From an uncultured Spirochaetota bacterium (GTDB taxonomy: Bacteria; Spirochaetota; Brevinematia; Brevinematales; JAOACQ01), in contig CAVYGN010000001.1 in the NCBI GenBank assembly GCA_963768055.1, forward strand, positions 128,001 through 192,000: 64,000 bases of DNA. The letters run 5' to 3'. This document shows, one piece after another, positions 30,046 through 40,111 of this stretch. The first letter of the stretch is position 1. Each line of letters begins with the position of its first letter. The notes under the pieces are model-generated. The model ran no database searches. It had not been told where the DNA came from and saw only the letters and a program-made list of their open reading frames with translations. A program made the position numbers and the translations under genes.

Positions 30046-32007
30046 TCATCGGGCCATCGGCAATCCTTTTGAAAGCTTCACCAGTTTTACGAACTCATGC
30101 CTATAGCCGTCCGTATCGTCGTCCAGGGCCCCGCTCGACAGATCGATTACCTGGTCATATGAAGCGGAGGCTTTAAACTTTGAATTGCGGAGCATCAAAC
30201 CCCATTCGGCAACAGCCGCCGCGAACCGGAAATTTTCCGACGTTTCATTAAAAATTAATTTTTTATTCAAAACCGGGTAAACAAGAAGGCGGCTCTTGTC
30301 TTCATTGGGCTCTTTATACCTGAACTTTATTGTCATCAGTTCCCCTGTCCCGGCTGTATTGGTATTAAGCGCCATAGTCTGGTATTTTAAACCGGAGTCG
30401 ACACTGCCGTTTCCTGCGGGAACTATCTCATAAAGGGCAGTAACGCTCTGGCCGGCCCCAAGCTCGCCCGCGTCCTTTTTATCGTCGTCAAAATCCCTGT
30501 TTTTGAGAAGGCGCTTCTCATAACCGATAAGCCGGTACTGCCCTACCGCTACAGGGTTGAACTCAATCTGTATTTTTACATCCTTTGCCAGAGTGAGCAG
30601 CGTCCCCGTCATCTCCTTTACCAGGACTTTTTTAGCCTCTGAGAGTGTATCGATATAAGCATAATTGCCGTTACCGTTGTCGGCAAGTTTCTCCATTTTG
30701 GAATCCTTATAATTTCCCATTCCGAAGCCGAGGACGGTGAGATATATCCCTCCGTTCCTATTTTCCTCGATCATCCGGACAAGTTCGCCGTCGCTCGATG
30801 CGCCCACATTAAAATCCCCGTCTGTTGCAAGGATAACCCTGTTATTGCCTTTCGGCTTGAAAGAGTTCCTGGCCGTTGCGTAAGCGAGGAGAATTCCCTC
30901 CCCGCCGGCTGTGGAACCTCCGGCCTCCAGGGAATCGATAGCATTAAGGATCTTTTCCTTTTGATCGCATGATGTGGAGGGTAATACAAGCCCGGCGTTT
31001 CCGGCATATACAACAATCGCGATACTGTCCTGCCTGCGCATCTGCTTCACCAGAAGCTTCATGGAGGTCTTAACAAGGGGGAGTTTGTTCTCTTCATCCA
31101 TCGAACCTGAAACATCGATCAGGAAGACCAGGTTATTGGGCGGAAGATTATCCAGGCTTACTTTTTTCGCCTGGAGCCCGATCCTGAGGAGCTGGTGTCC
31201 GCTATTCCAGGGACAGGTGGAAAGTTCGCTGTTAAAAGCCAATGGAATATCCCCTTCAGGTTCGGCATAGTTATAAGTAAAATAATTAATCATTTCTTCA
31301 ATCCTGACTGCATCGGGGTAAGGCAATGTGCCCTGATTTATAAATCGCCTGATATTGGCATAGGAGGCTGTATCGACGTCGATCGATAGCGTGGATAGGG
31401 GATCCTTAGTCGTTAGCATGAACTCGTTTTCCTCTATACGGTCATATGCCTCCGTGTTGAATTCCTTCATACCGGATTTATCCGCAGGATATTCCTTAAA
31501 CGCCTTTTCTGTCTCGATAACCGGCGACGGCTGATTTTCCATGATCCTGTCTTTTTCATCGGCGGACCTTGTTGGTTCCTTGCCGGCTGCCGAAAGATCT
31601 TCATGGGCTGGCGTTTGAACTGATTCCTTTTTTTCAGGGTTATTTTTGTTTCCAGTCATATTGAGGGGTTTTGATATTTTCTGGGTTGATAGATCGGTAA
31701 GGGGTTCTTTTTGCTTTAATTGAGGCTGGGCCAGATAAAGGGCCAGTATTGCAATGCAGAAAACCGCCGCTCCGCCGAGCGCAGCTTGAAACCCTCTATT
31801 GAACAGGAAGAAAGGCCTCTTTTCCACTGCTCCGAATTTTTCAAGCAGCGTCTTTTTAAGCTCTTTCTGAAAATTTCTATCCATAATAAGTTTGGGTTTA
31901 TCGCCTAAAAGGTTTTCAATCACTTTTTTCAATTCAGCCTCCCTGTCCCGCAGAGCAGGATCGATTCTGTAAAGTTCCCTTAAGATCGATTTGATTTTCT
32001 TTTCCAT
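30046..32007 (-). CDS. Membrane-anchored vWA domain protein (YfbK-like)
   Basis: Single TM; STLSIDVDTASY, VRIEEMINYF, MIDAS DVSGSM, LATDGDFNVG, AKDVKIQIEFNP. Confidence 0.92.
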   Translation of the reverse strand: MEKKIKSILRELYRIDPALRDREAELKKVIENLLGDKPKLIMDRNFQKELKKTLLEKFGAVEKRPFFLFNRGFQAALGGAAVFCIAILALYLAQPQLKQKEPLTDLSTQKISKPLNMTGNKNNPEKKESVQTPAHEDLSAAGKEPTRSADEKDRIMENQPSPVIETEKAFKEYPADKSGMKEFNTEAYDRIEENEFMLTTKDPLSTLSIDVDTASYANIRRFINQGTLPYPDAVRIEEMINYFTYNYAEPEGDIPLAFNSELSTCPWNSGHQLLRIGLQAKKVSLDNLPPNNLVFLIDVSGSMDEENKLPLVKTSMKLLVKQMRRQDSIAIVVYAGNAGLVLPSTSCDQKEKILNAIDSLEAGGSTAGGEGILLAYATARNSFKPKGNNRVILATDGDFNVGASSDGELVRMIEENRNGGIYLTVLGFGMGNYKDSKMEKLADNGNGNYAYIDTLSEAKKVLVKEMTGTLLTLAKDVKIQIEFNPVAVGQYRLIGYEKRLLKNRDFDDDKKDAGELGAGQSVTALYEIVPAGNGSVDSGLKYQTMALNTNTAGTGELMTIKFRYKEPNEDKSRLLVYPVLNKKLIFNETSENFRFAAAVAEWGLMLRNSKFKASASYDQVIDLSSGALDDDTDGYRHEFVKLVKLSKGLPMAR

Positions 32008-32019
32008 ACAATTCTCTCC

Positions 32020-32583
32020 TTAAAACGGTTTGCAAAGCAAAAAAAAGAGGAATAAGGATAGCGGTATGGCTTCCCTCAGGGCGTCAATCGCCCGTTTGTA
32101 GCTCATTCTGCATGCGGCCTCAGTCTTTCCTGTAAGCTTAGCGATCGTAGAGTAGGGGACTTCGTCCCATACGCGGAAAATTATTATTTCCCGTTCCTGA
32201 GGATTCAGATTGTTAAAGCATGGTTTTATTTTTTCCCATAGGGCGCGGTTTTCAGGGTCTACTGTAATGTCAAAACCGTCAGACAAATCCCAGATATTTT
32301 CCAGCGGGACGGTTTGTTTCATTTTCCTGAAATGATCCATAAGAGCGTTCCGGGCTATCCCATAAAGCCATGCGGGAAATTCCCCGGCCTCCGGCCGGAA
32401 GGCGGGAAGGTTTTCAACAGCTTTTAAAAAAACTGTGCTTGTAATATCCTCGGCGCTTTCACGGGACAGACAGCGGTAATAAGTATAAGAATAAATCTTC
32501 CTGAAATATATCCTGTACAATTTCTCGAACGCGCTTTTACTGCCTCCGGCGGCAGCAAGGGCAAGCCTGTCGGCAATTTCCAT
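32020..32583 (-). CDS. ECF RNA polymerase sigma factor
   Basis: AFEKLY, AEDITSTVFLKA, WLYGIARN, region-4 HTH. Confidence 0.92.
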   Translation of the reverse strand: MEIADRLALAAAGGSKSAFEKLYRIYFRKIYSYTYYRCLSRESAEDITSTVFLKAVENLPAFRPEAGEFPAWLYGIARNALMDHFRKMKQTVPLENIWDLSDGFDITVDPENRALWEKIKPCFNNLNPQEREIIIFRVWDEVPYSTIAKLTGKTEAACRMSYKRAIDALREAIPLSLFLFFLLCKPF

Positions 32584-32670
32584 ACCTTTCTCCTCTTACT
32601 TTTTTTTGTTTGCAATATGTTTTACGCAACTGAAAGGGAAATGTAACGTAATTTTGAAAATATATTCCCG

Positions 32671-33315
32671 TTAAAACTGCAGGAGTTCATAAGGGTCCTT
32701 GAAAAGCGCCAGGGCTCCGTTCTTTTCAAGCTCTTCACGGCTTCTGAACCCCCACAGGGCCCCTGCCGGGTACATACCCGCCGCTTTGGCGGTCAGGATA
32801 TCGACGGATGAATCGCCCAAATAAAGGATTCCCGAAGGATCGATTTTAAGCCCTGCGGAAATGGCGCAGGCGCCCGACGGATCGGGTTTCAGGGGGACCC
32901 CGCTTTTTTCTCCCATTACGATTTCGAAATATTTTCCAGGTAAAAGTTTATTAACCATCTTACGGGTTAAAGGGTCCGGTTTGTTCGACAGGACGGCAAG
33001 CTTTACGCCCCGGGAGACAAGAGTTTTTAAGACTTCAGGAATACCCTTATACGGCACAGTTTTCATAAAGCAGCGTCGGCGATATTCCCTCTGCATCATC
33101 TTCAGGGCTCTTCCGATGAGGGCTTCGTCAGACGGCTGCGGCAGGGACCGTATTACCAGGTTTCGAATGCCGTTCCCGACGAAATTCTTATAGAGGGATA
33201 TTGAATGTCCGGGATGGCCGAGCTTTTCAAGGACAAGGTTCATTGAATCGCTCAAATCCTCTATCGTGTCCAGGAGGGTGCCGTCCAGGTCGAATATTAC
33301 CACTTGGAATTTCAT
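32671..33315 (-). CDS. HAD hydrolase (phosphoglycolate phosphatase-like)
   Basis: FDLDGTLLDT, LSNKP, KPDP, GDSSVD. Confidence 0.92.
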   Translation of the reverse strand: MKFQVVIFDLDGTLLDTIEDLSDSMNLVLEKLGHPGHSISLYKNFVGNGIRNLVIRSLPQPSDEALIGRALKMMQREYRRRCFMKTVPYKGIPEVLKTLVSRGVKLAVLSNKPDPLTRKMVNKLLPGKYFEIVMGEKSGVPLKPDPSGACAISAGLKIDPSGILYLGDSSVDILTAKAAGMYPAGALWGFRSREELEKNGALALFKDPYELLQF

Positions 33316-33593
33316 TGGTTATACTCCAAAAATAATTACAGGGAGGCAGAAACTAAAGAGATTTATGCTTCTTCATAAGTAATATACTTAAACATTCTAT
33401 AAGATAAATTTTTTTATTACAAAAAATGTCAGAAATTCCAGAAACAGCTTTATAAAATAAACAGAAATCCATTTGTTACCATCTGTTTAAATCTGCAGTT
33501 CCTACCCATTAAGTTTTCAAAATAAACGATTATTTTTATTATCGCAAAAAATGATTTATAATTCATGATACTTTTATTTCAGGCTGGTTTTAT

Positions 33594-34799
33594 ATGAAGG
33601 ACTGGATCGATTATTCGGCGGAATATTTAATACCCTTTTACAATCGCACCCCCATTGCAATAGTCAGGGGTCATGATCACTGGGTCTTTGACTCAAGCGG
33701 CTCAAAATATCTTGATTTTACTTCGGGGATCGGCGTCGTCGGTTTCGGGCATTCAAACCGGAAAATAAACTCGGCTTTAAAAAAACAGCTCGACAGGATT
33801 TCGCATATCTCGAATTTGTTCGTGATTCCCGGACAGGCCGAACTGGCTGAAAAAATCAGCGAAGCGGCTTTTCCCGGCAAGGTATTTTTCTGCAACAGCG
33901 GCGCCGAGGCAAACGAGGCGGCATTGAAAATAGCCCGAATTTGGGGAAACAGGAAAAATACCGTCAAGAACAGGGTGCTGTCTCTTTCAGGCTCCTTTCA
34001 TGGGAGGACGGTTGCGGCTATAACCCTGACCGGGCAGGAAAAGTACAGGCATGGTTTCGAACCCCTCCTGTCAGGCATAGAGTGCGTAGGATTTAACGAT
34101 ACTGCCGAACTCGAAAAGAAAATGGGAGGCGATGTCTGCGCCGTATTTCTCGAAGCTGTGCAGGGTGAAGGAGGGATTAACGCCCTTTCAGGCGAATTCG
34201 TAAAGAAGATAAAGGAGCTGTCAAGGAAATTCGAATCGCTGATAATTTTTGACGAGGTCCAGGCCGGGATTGGAAGGACGGGCAAAAAATTCGGCTACCA
34301 GAACTTTGACATTGAACCCGATCTGATCACAATGGCAAAGGCTTTAGGGAACGGTTTCCCTATTGGCGCCGTACTGGCGACAAAAGAAGTATCCGATGGT
34401 ATGGAAACCGGTATGCACGCCTCGACATTCGGAGGGAATTATCTTGCCTGCGCCGCCGGAATAGCGGTAATGAATGAACTCAATAACGGCCTGCTTGATA
34501 AAATAAACGCGCTTTCCGAATATTTTTTACTGAATCTCGAGAGTTTAAAGAATAAATATCCGGGTTTGATAAGAGAGAACCGCCTGTTCGGCCTTATGAT
34601 CGGAATCGAGCTTGATCCCGGGTATCCTGTAAGGGACGCTGTTAAGGGACTCTTAGACGAGGGCATCCTTGCACTGAGAGCGGGTGAAAATGTCCTCAGG
34701 CTTCTTCCGCCTTTTACTATCGATAAAAAAGAGATCGATCTATTCTGCAAAAAATTGAGCGGATTGCTGGAAACATATAAAATGACCTCAATATATTGA
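33594..34799 (+). CDS. argD: Acetylornithine aminotransferase
   Basis: FCNSGAEANEAALK, SFHGRT, QGEGG, DEVQAGIGRTG, MAKALGNG, HASTFGGN. Confidence 0.9.
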   Translation: MKDWIDYSAEYLIPFYNRTPIAIVRGHDHWVFDSSGSKYLDFTSGIGVVGFGHSNRKINSALKKQLDRISHISNLFVIPGQAELAEKISEAAFPGKVFFCNSGAEANEAALKIARIWGNRKNTVKNRVLSLSGSFHGRTVAAITLTGQEKYRHGFEPLLSGIECVGFNDTAELEKKMGGDVCAVFLEAVQGEGGINALSGEFVKKIKELSRKFESLIIFDEVQAGIGRTGKKFGYQNFDIEPDLITMAKALGNGFPIGAVLATKEVSDGMETGMHASTFGGNYLACAAGIAVMNELNNGLLDKINALSEYFLLNLESLKNKYPGLIRENRLFGLMIGIELDPGYPVRDAVKGLLDEGILALRAGENVLRLLPPFTIDKKEIDLFCKKLSGLLETYKMTSIY

Positions 34800-34817
34800 T
34801 CTTGTGGAGGTTTTAAG

Positions 34818-35624
34818 ATGAAAGTAGGTATCGTCGGATGCGGCAATATGGGGAGCGCTCTCATAGCCGGGTTATCCAGAGATAACGCATTTGAAATACA
34901 CATTTTTGATGTCGATGTACTTAAAGAAAAAGAAGCGGTCAACAGGTGGTCCGTCAAGAAGTCGAAAAGCCCTTCGGATTTAGCGGCCGGATGCCCGGTC
35001 CTTATATTGGCGGTAAAACCTCATGATATCGAAAGCGTGCTGAAAGAAATAAAGATAAAATTCGATTCCGGTAAAAAAATCCTGATCTCCATAGCCGCGG
35101 GTATAAGAGTTTCCGCCATGAGGAAATATCTTAAAAAAACCCTCATTGCGAGGGTCATGCCCAATACCCCGGTCCTTGTCGGGGAGGGTGTAGCCGGGAT
35201 TTATTTTGACGGGCCTTTCAATGAAAATGATATTAAAACGGTTATTGATATATTTCATACGATCGGCATTGCTGAAACCGTTAAAAAGGAGGAACTCCTC
35301 GATGCGATCACGGGGCTTTCAGGTTCCGGGCCCGCATATGTCTTTGCTTTTATCAATGCGCTGGCCGACGCGGGCGTTCTCGAAGGACTTCCCAGAGATG
35401 TTTCAAGAAGGCTTGCGGTGTATACCGTCAGCGGGTCGGCCGCAATGGCAGCGGAATCTATAGAAGCCGGCATTCATCTCGAAGAACTAAAGGACAGGGT
35501 TACATCTCCGGCGGGGACCACTGCCGCCGGACTGCTGGCCCTGGAAAAAGGCGCATTCAATGCGACTATCATCAACGCGGTCAGGGCGGCCGTTGCGCGG
35601 TCTAAAGAAATGGGGGAAAATTAG
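34818..35624 (+). CDS. proC: Pyrroline-5-carboxylate reductase
   Basis: GCGNMG, LAVKP, RVMPNTP, TGLSGSGPAY, VTSPAGTT. Confidence 0.97.
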   Translation: MKVGIVGCGNMGSALIAGLSRDNAFEIHIFDVDVLKEKEAVNRWSVKKSKSPSDLAAGCPVLILAVKPHDIESVLKEIKIKFDSGKKILISIAAGIRVSAMRKYLKKTLIARVMPNTPVLVGEGVAGIYFDGPFNENDIKTVIDIFHTIGIAETVKKEELLDAITGLSGSGPAYVFAFINALADAGVLEGLPRDVSRRLAVYTVSGSAAMAAESIEAGIHLEELKDRVTSPAGTTAAGLLALEKGAFNATIINAVRAAVARSKEMGEN

Positions 35625-35897
35625 ATGCTTTTTAACATATTGAGGTTCTTATATATATTGTCCCAGATATACTGGTATGTTTTCATGTTTTATATTCTTC
35701 TGAGTTATTTTAACTTGAGCGAGGACAATCCTCTTGTAAAAATCACGGAAAGTATCTGCGCCCCTGTTCAAAGGTTTTTCCTCCGTATACTGCCCCCGAT
35801 CCGGATCGGGATGTTCGATCTATCGCCCATGTATGTTCTCTTGTTTCTCTGGCTTGTCCAGATTTTTCTCCAGCACTTTATGAACCTTTACAGATAA
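35625..35897 (+). CDS. yggT: YggT family membrane protein
   Basis: ILLSYF...NP...PPIRIGMFDLSP; proC-yggT-DUF167 synteny. Confidence 0.85.
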   Translation: MLFNILRFLYILSQIYWYVFMFYILLSYFNLSEDNPLVKITESICAPVQRFFLRILPPIRIGMFDLSPMYVLLFLWLVQIFLQHFMNLYR

Positions 35898-35899
35898 TC

Positions 35900-36193
35900 A
35901 TGATCAGCCAGAAATCAGGCCACATTGTTTTCGATGTTAAGGTCTTTCCCCGGAGCAGCAAAAATAAAGTTATTGTTTCGGGAGAAGATATCTCGGTGAA
36001 AATAAAATCTCCGCCAGCCGAAGGCCTTGCCAACAGGGAACTGATCCGTTTTTTTTCAGATCTTTTATCTATATCTCGGAAAAGCATATCCATTCTAAGA
36101 GGACTAAGCTCAAGAAATAAAGTTATTAAAGCCGAGGGCATTGACAGGGAAGATTTCCTTAATTTGCTGATTAAAAATATGGAAAAGCAATAA
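35900..36193 (+). CDS. DUF167 (YggU-like) protein
   Basis: VKVFPRSSKN, PPAEGLANRELI, GLSSRNK. Confidence 0.88.
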   Translation: MISQKSGHIVFDVKVFPRSSKNKVIVSGEDISVKIKSPPAEGLANRELIRFFSDLLSISRKSISILRGLSSRNKVIKAEGIDREDFLNLLIKNMEKQ

Positions 36194-36397
36194 ACTTTTA
36201 TTTTGTGTTAAAATTGTTTTATGAACACCAATAATAACCTCAGGATAGGAAGCATCCATATTGTTATCATATAGAATTGAATAATAAATTGTTAACGTAA
36301 AGTTTGATATTTTTGAATTAGTACCCTTATAATTGTTAATAACTATATTATTTTTTATTTCTTCCGAAAATTAAATCAATATTAAAGAGGTTTTCTG

Positions 36398-37174
36398 ATG
36401 AAGAAAGATCCGATAAAAAAAAGGAAGGCTCTTAACGACTTCGAGGTCATAGCTTTAAAAATTTTATCCCACCTTGCGCTGCAGGATAATATTGATGAAG
36501 ATGTAATCGATCTCCTGAGGGAAATCCAGATGGAGCATTATACCCTGTTGAAGAAATACGAGATCCTGGAAGAAAGAATCAATATCGATAATAAAACATC
36601 CCTCCTCAAATATAATGAAAATTTACTGGTAAATATTGTAAAGGCAATTTCACGTTACTGGCAATCCAGCAGGAAGTCAACCCTTCTTCCTATTTCATAT
36701 CTGAGGATGGACCTCGACGACTTCAGCAAGGTCAATAATATTTACGGGCATGCGGCAGGGGACCTGGTATTGGTGGCGGTCGCCAAGGTGATGAAAAAGG
36801 TTTCACGTCCCACTGACTACCTTTTCAGGTTCGGAGGAGAGGAATTCGATATCGTGCTCCCGGTTACCGACCTAGAAGGCGCATCAAAATATGCACACAA
36901 ACTGCTCGCTAATATACGCAAGATCCGCGTTCCCGCAAGGCTGGGAGAAACTATTAAAATTACCGCCAGCGTAGGCGGATCGACTTTTAACATCAATTAC
37001 ACCGCCGGCGGCCAGATATTTTCAAAGGATATCCTGAAAATGTACCATACGGTCCAAAAACAAGCCGACTGCGCCTGTTATCATGCAAAATCGATGGGAA
37101 AAGACCAGTTTTGCGGTTATAAAAAGGGCATCAATTACGAAAAGATCATGGCGGAATACGGAGCGGATCACTAG
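36398..37174 (+). CDS. Diguanylate cyclase (GGEEF)
   Basis: DLDDFSKVNNIYGHAAGD, RPTD I-site, RFGGEEF. Confidence 0.93.
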   Translation: MKKDPIKKRKALNDFEVIALKILSHLALQDNIDEDVIDLLREIQMEHYTLLKKYEILEERINIDNKTSLLKYNENLLVNIVKAISRYWQSSRKSTLLPISYLRMDLDDFSKVNNIYGHAAGDLVLVAVAKVMKKVSRPTDYLFRFGGEEFDIVLPVTDLEGASKYAHKLLANIRKIRVPARLGETIKITASVGGSTFNINYTAGGQIFSKDILKMYHTVQKQADCACYHAKSMGKDQFCGYKKGINYEKIMAEYGADH

Positions 37175-37333
37175 GAGACTCAATCACAATACTTATCTTA
37201 ACGAAGTGAATTTTTATCTCACTGGAATCGAAAGGGCTTGTGCTGAAAGCATGAGCTGTAACGGCTCATAAAGGCAAGCACAACTCCCCGCTCCTTGAAA
37301 GTTTAATTACAAAGTAGCTCCTTCTGTCATATT

Positions 37334-39646
37334 CTATTTATTCTTTAAATACAAGGAGCGGGATCGAACAAGTGCTTGCCCTTTCGCCTTCTTTTCATTA
37401 TAAAGATTGGAATCGGCCTCTTCAAAAAGTTCTTCAATTGAATAGTTCTTTCCGGGTACATAGGGCGCTGAACCGATGGAGAAGTCAAGCCTGTACGGTT
37501 TTCCGGATATTTTATTATACCTGCTGATTAAATCCAGCATTCTATTTTTAATTTTATCGAATTCCTGAATGGTTGAATCAATGGCAAGAACCGCGAATTC
37601 GTCCCCGCCCCACCGGCCTATTATATCTGTCTGGCGGAAAGTTTTAAAGAAAATCTTTGACGTTTCAACGATGACGGAATCCCCTTCTTTATGGCCGAAT
37701 GTGTCATTAATAAATTTTAAACCGTCAATATCGATGAAAAACAGCAGGAATTCGCGGGGCCTCCGTTTGGAAAGATCAAGATGCTGACGGGCCAGTGTCA
37801 TAAATCCTCTCCGGTTGTAAAGTCCGGTCAATTCGTCCAGAACTGAAAGCTGTTCGAGTTTTTTATAGGAGTTTTCAAGGGCCCGGAGCGTTTTTTTAAG
37901 CTCCTCTGAAATTTCATTTTCATGTTCCATGAGAAATGCGCCTTTTACAGCTCCGGAGATCTGGCTTCGTAATTCTTCATAGATAATATCGTTGTTCTTA
38001 ATCATGCTGAGCACAATATAACCGAAATGCTCATTTCTCAGGAAAATCGGCATAACAGCCATGCTCATTTGAGTATCCGTATTAAAAAATCCATCCGGTA
38101 TTATTTTATTTGTCTGAATGATCGGTTTTGCATGATTTACACAAGCTCCGTCGCGATAGTCAAGCAGTATAGTAGAGTCAGACGGGATTTCCCATTTTAA
38201 TTTACCGTCCCATCTGATATTTCCTTCATACAGGCATAATAAAAATCTATCTATCCCCAGTAAATTGAACTGGTCAGTCAGTACTTTGACCAATTCTTGA
38301 ATGTTAAGAGTAGAGATAATGGATTGACTGATTAAATGAATCAGGAGTTCCCGATTTTCTATCTTTTTTATTGCATTATACTTAACACGGTTCAGAATTG
38401 TACTATAGAGAACGTGCGCTTTATGTAAAATATCCTCTGTTTTGTTTAATTGCTCAATATCCTTAAGATGCGGGACAATAAGCTTGCGGATTATGATTAA
38501 TGCCTTTTGCCAGAAAGAGATGTCAACCTCTTCTTTTACAAGCTGTTTAAGATTCTTCTCCATGCCATCGAGAAAAAGGCTGCTTTCTGAAGAACCGGCA
38601 ATATCCTGCTTTAATTTTTTTAAAATCCGGCCTATCAATACGGTATGGTCCTGAACTTCTTCGAATGTCTCACTGAAAATTGCCGGATCTAAGTCATCCG
38701 GAATTTCATACTGTATTTCTTCCGGTGATCGGTTCAGATCCGTTTTGAGGGAGACGCTGTTTAAAAGTACATCAAAACAGCCGCATGACTGCCGTATAAC
38801 CAGTTTGGTTGGAAGGGAAACGATTTCCGGAACATCCCTGCCTTCAATGAGCTTGAGCAACAGATCCACAGCGATTTCCGTATGTTTTTTAAACGGCTGA
38901 CGGACTGTAGTGGCCGGAGGATTTGTAAGTTTAACTTCCTCAATATCGTCAAATCCGGTTACTTTAATATCCCGCGGAATATGAAGTTTCATTTTATCAA
39001 GCGCCGCCATAATTCCCAGCAGCATTTCATCATTGGCCGCCATAATCGCGTCCGGTTTCACTTTACGTTTTATGAGCAGTTCTTCAGCACCGCGGAAGCC
39101 TGAATCGAATAAGAAATTTCCTGAAGCAACAAGGGAAGGATTAAATTCAATATTATTTTCTTTCAAAGCCTCTTTATAGGCGGAAAATCTTTTATCGGCT
39201 TCCTGGAATTTTTCCGGACCTTTGATAAAAGCTATTTTTTTTGCGCCGTGACACTTGATAAGATGATTAACGACTTCTTTGATGCCGATCGATTCATCAA
39301 TGATAACGCTGGGTATTCCAGGAACCTCGGATGCGATATTGACTAATGGGATTTTACTAAAACGACTGAGAAATGAGGAATATTCCTCTAAATCAACAAA
39401 AACGGATATAACAGCGTTGGAAATAATTCCATCTATAGAATTTTTATTTACCAGGGAATAAATAATATTGGACTGGGTTTCAAAATCATATGGATAACAT
39501 AGAGGCTTGCCGGGGAAAAACAGAACATTAATATCTCTTTTCCTGCAAACGTCAAAAACGAGAGGCCATATAACGCTTTGGTAAGACCCATTGAACTTGT
39601 TGATGAAAAAAGCGATTGTTTTACGACTGTTTTTTTCCCACCCCAT
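37334..39646 (-). CDS. LacI-type sugar-binding domain fused to GGDEF
   Basis: HLIKCHG..KIAFIKG, AANDEM, VTGFDD, TTVRQP, LVIRQSCGC without an HTH; C-terminal RWGGDEF. Confidence 0.92.
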   Translation of the reverse strand: MGWEKNSRKTIAFFINKFNGSYQSVIWPLVFDVCRKRDINVLFFPGKPLCYPYDFETQSNIIYSLVNKNSIDGIISNAVISVFVDLEEYSSFLSRFSKIPLVNIASEVPGIPSVIIDESIGIKEVVNHLIKCHGAKKIAFIKGPEKFQEADKRFSAYKEALKENNIEFNPSLVASGNFLFDSGFRGAEELLIKRKVKPDAIMAANDEMLLGIMAALDKMKLHIPRDIKVTGFDDIEEVKLTNPPATTVRQPFKKHTEIAVDLLLKLIEGRDVPEIVSLPTKLVIRQSCGCFDVLLNSVSLKTDLNRSPEEIQYEIPDDLDPAIFSETFEEVQDHTVLIGRILKKLKQDIAGSSESSLFLDGMEKNLKQLVKEEVDISFWQKALIIIRKLIVPHLKDIEQLNKTEDILHKAHVLYSTILNRVKYNAIKKIENRELLIHLISQSIISTLNIQELVKVLTDQFNLLGIDRFLLCLYEGNIRWDGKLKWEIPSDSTILLDYRDGACVNHAKPIIQTNKIIPDGFFNTDTQMSMAVMPIFLRNEHFGYIVLSMIKNNDIIYEELRSQISGAVKGAFLMEHENEISEELKKTLRALENSYKKLEQLSVLDELTGLYNRRGFMTLARQHLDLSKRRPREFLLFFIDIDGLKFINDTFGHKEGDSVIVETSKIFFKTFRQTDIIGRWGGDEFAVLAIDSTIQEFDKIKNRMLDLISRYNKISGKPYRLDFSIGSAPYVPGKNYSIEELFEEADSNLYNEKKAKGQALVRSRSLYLKNK

Positions 39647-39771
39647 GGCGGATCAAACTCCCCAATAATTGTATTATAAGCCTATCCGGTCAGCGCAGCT
39701 TGGATGGAAAGGCATAAATTATATTAAATCGAGATTTCCCAAATAGCTCATCATTTTACCATGCCTTAACA

Positions 39772-39800
39772 ATTATATCTGGATCAAAACATCTTGTCAA
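39772..39800 (-). promoter_or_regulatory. Consensus sigma70 promoter for the sugar-binding/GGDEF gene
   Basis: TTGACA-N17-TATAAT on the minus strand. Confidence 0.75.
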
Positions 39801-39829
39801 AAATATAAGTTAATCCGTACTAAATGGTA

Positions 39830-39858
39830 TTGACAAAACGCAAGTGACATGATATAAT
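39830..39858 (+). promoter_or_regulatory. Consensus sigma70 promoter with extended -10
   Basis: TTGACA-N17-TATAAT with TGn before the -10. Confidence 0.85.
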
Positions 39859-39903
39859 ATAACATTATATAATGTGACATAATATTATATCACATAAAAT
39901 AAT
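39844..39903 (+). repeat. Four tandem 15-bp operator-like repeats
   Basis: gtgacatgatataat / ataacattatataat / gtgacataatattat / atcacataaaataat; contains a near-perfect 24-bp palindrome at 39872-39895. Confidence 0.8.
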
Positions 39904-39920
39904 TAAGAAAGAAGGAAGAC

Positions 39921-40094
39921 ATGGCAGTCGGGAATTCCGGAAGGATATTGGCGGATATTGATCCGGATCTGAAGAGCGTTTTTTACAAAATGCTCAAAGC
40001 TAGCGGACTTGATTTCAAGACCTGGCTGCTTGACCGGATTAATAAGTTTTTAAATGAAAATGAGAACAAACGGAACAGGCATTTCAAAAAATAA
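39921..40094 (+). CDS. Small ribbon-helix-helix-like protein (57 aa, not in the ORF track)
   Basis: MAVGNSGRILADIDPDLKSVFYKMLKASGLDFKTWLLDRINKFLNENENKRNRHFKK; AAGGA RBS; strand-helix-G-helix pattern. Confidence 0.7.
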   Translation: MAVGNSGRILADIDPDLKSVFYKMLKASGLDFKTWLLDRINKFLNENENKRNRHFKK

Positions 40095-40111
40095 AATCCG
40101 GGAGGGGAGAT

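Noticed and set aside
39647..39765. Riboswitch in the ~120-nt leader of the GGDEF fusion gene
   Set aside because: Only a short aaggcat/atgcctt pairing; no recognisable c-di-GMP or other aptamer consensus
39844..39903. Tandem repeats as a CRISPR array or replication iterons
   Set aside because: 15-bp units with no spacers, no cas or rep gene nearby, and they overlap a promoter
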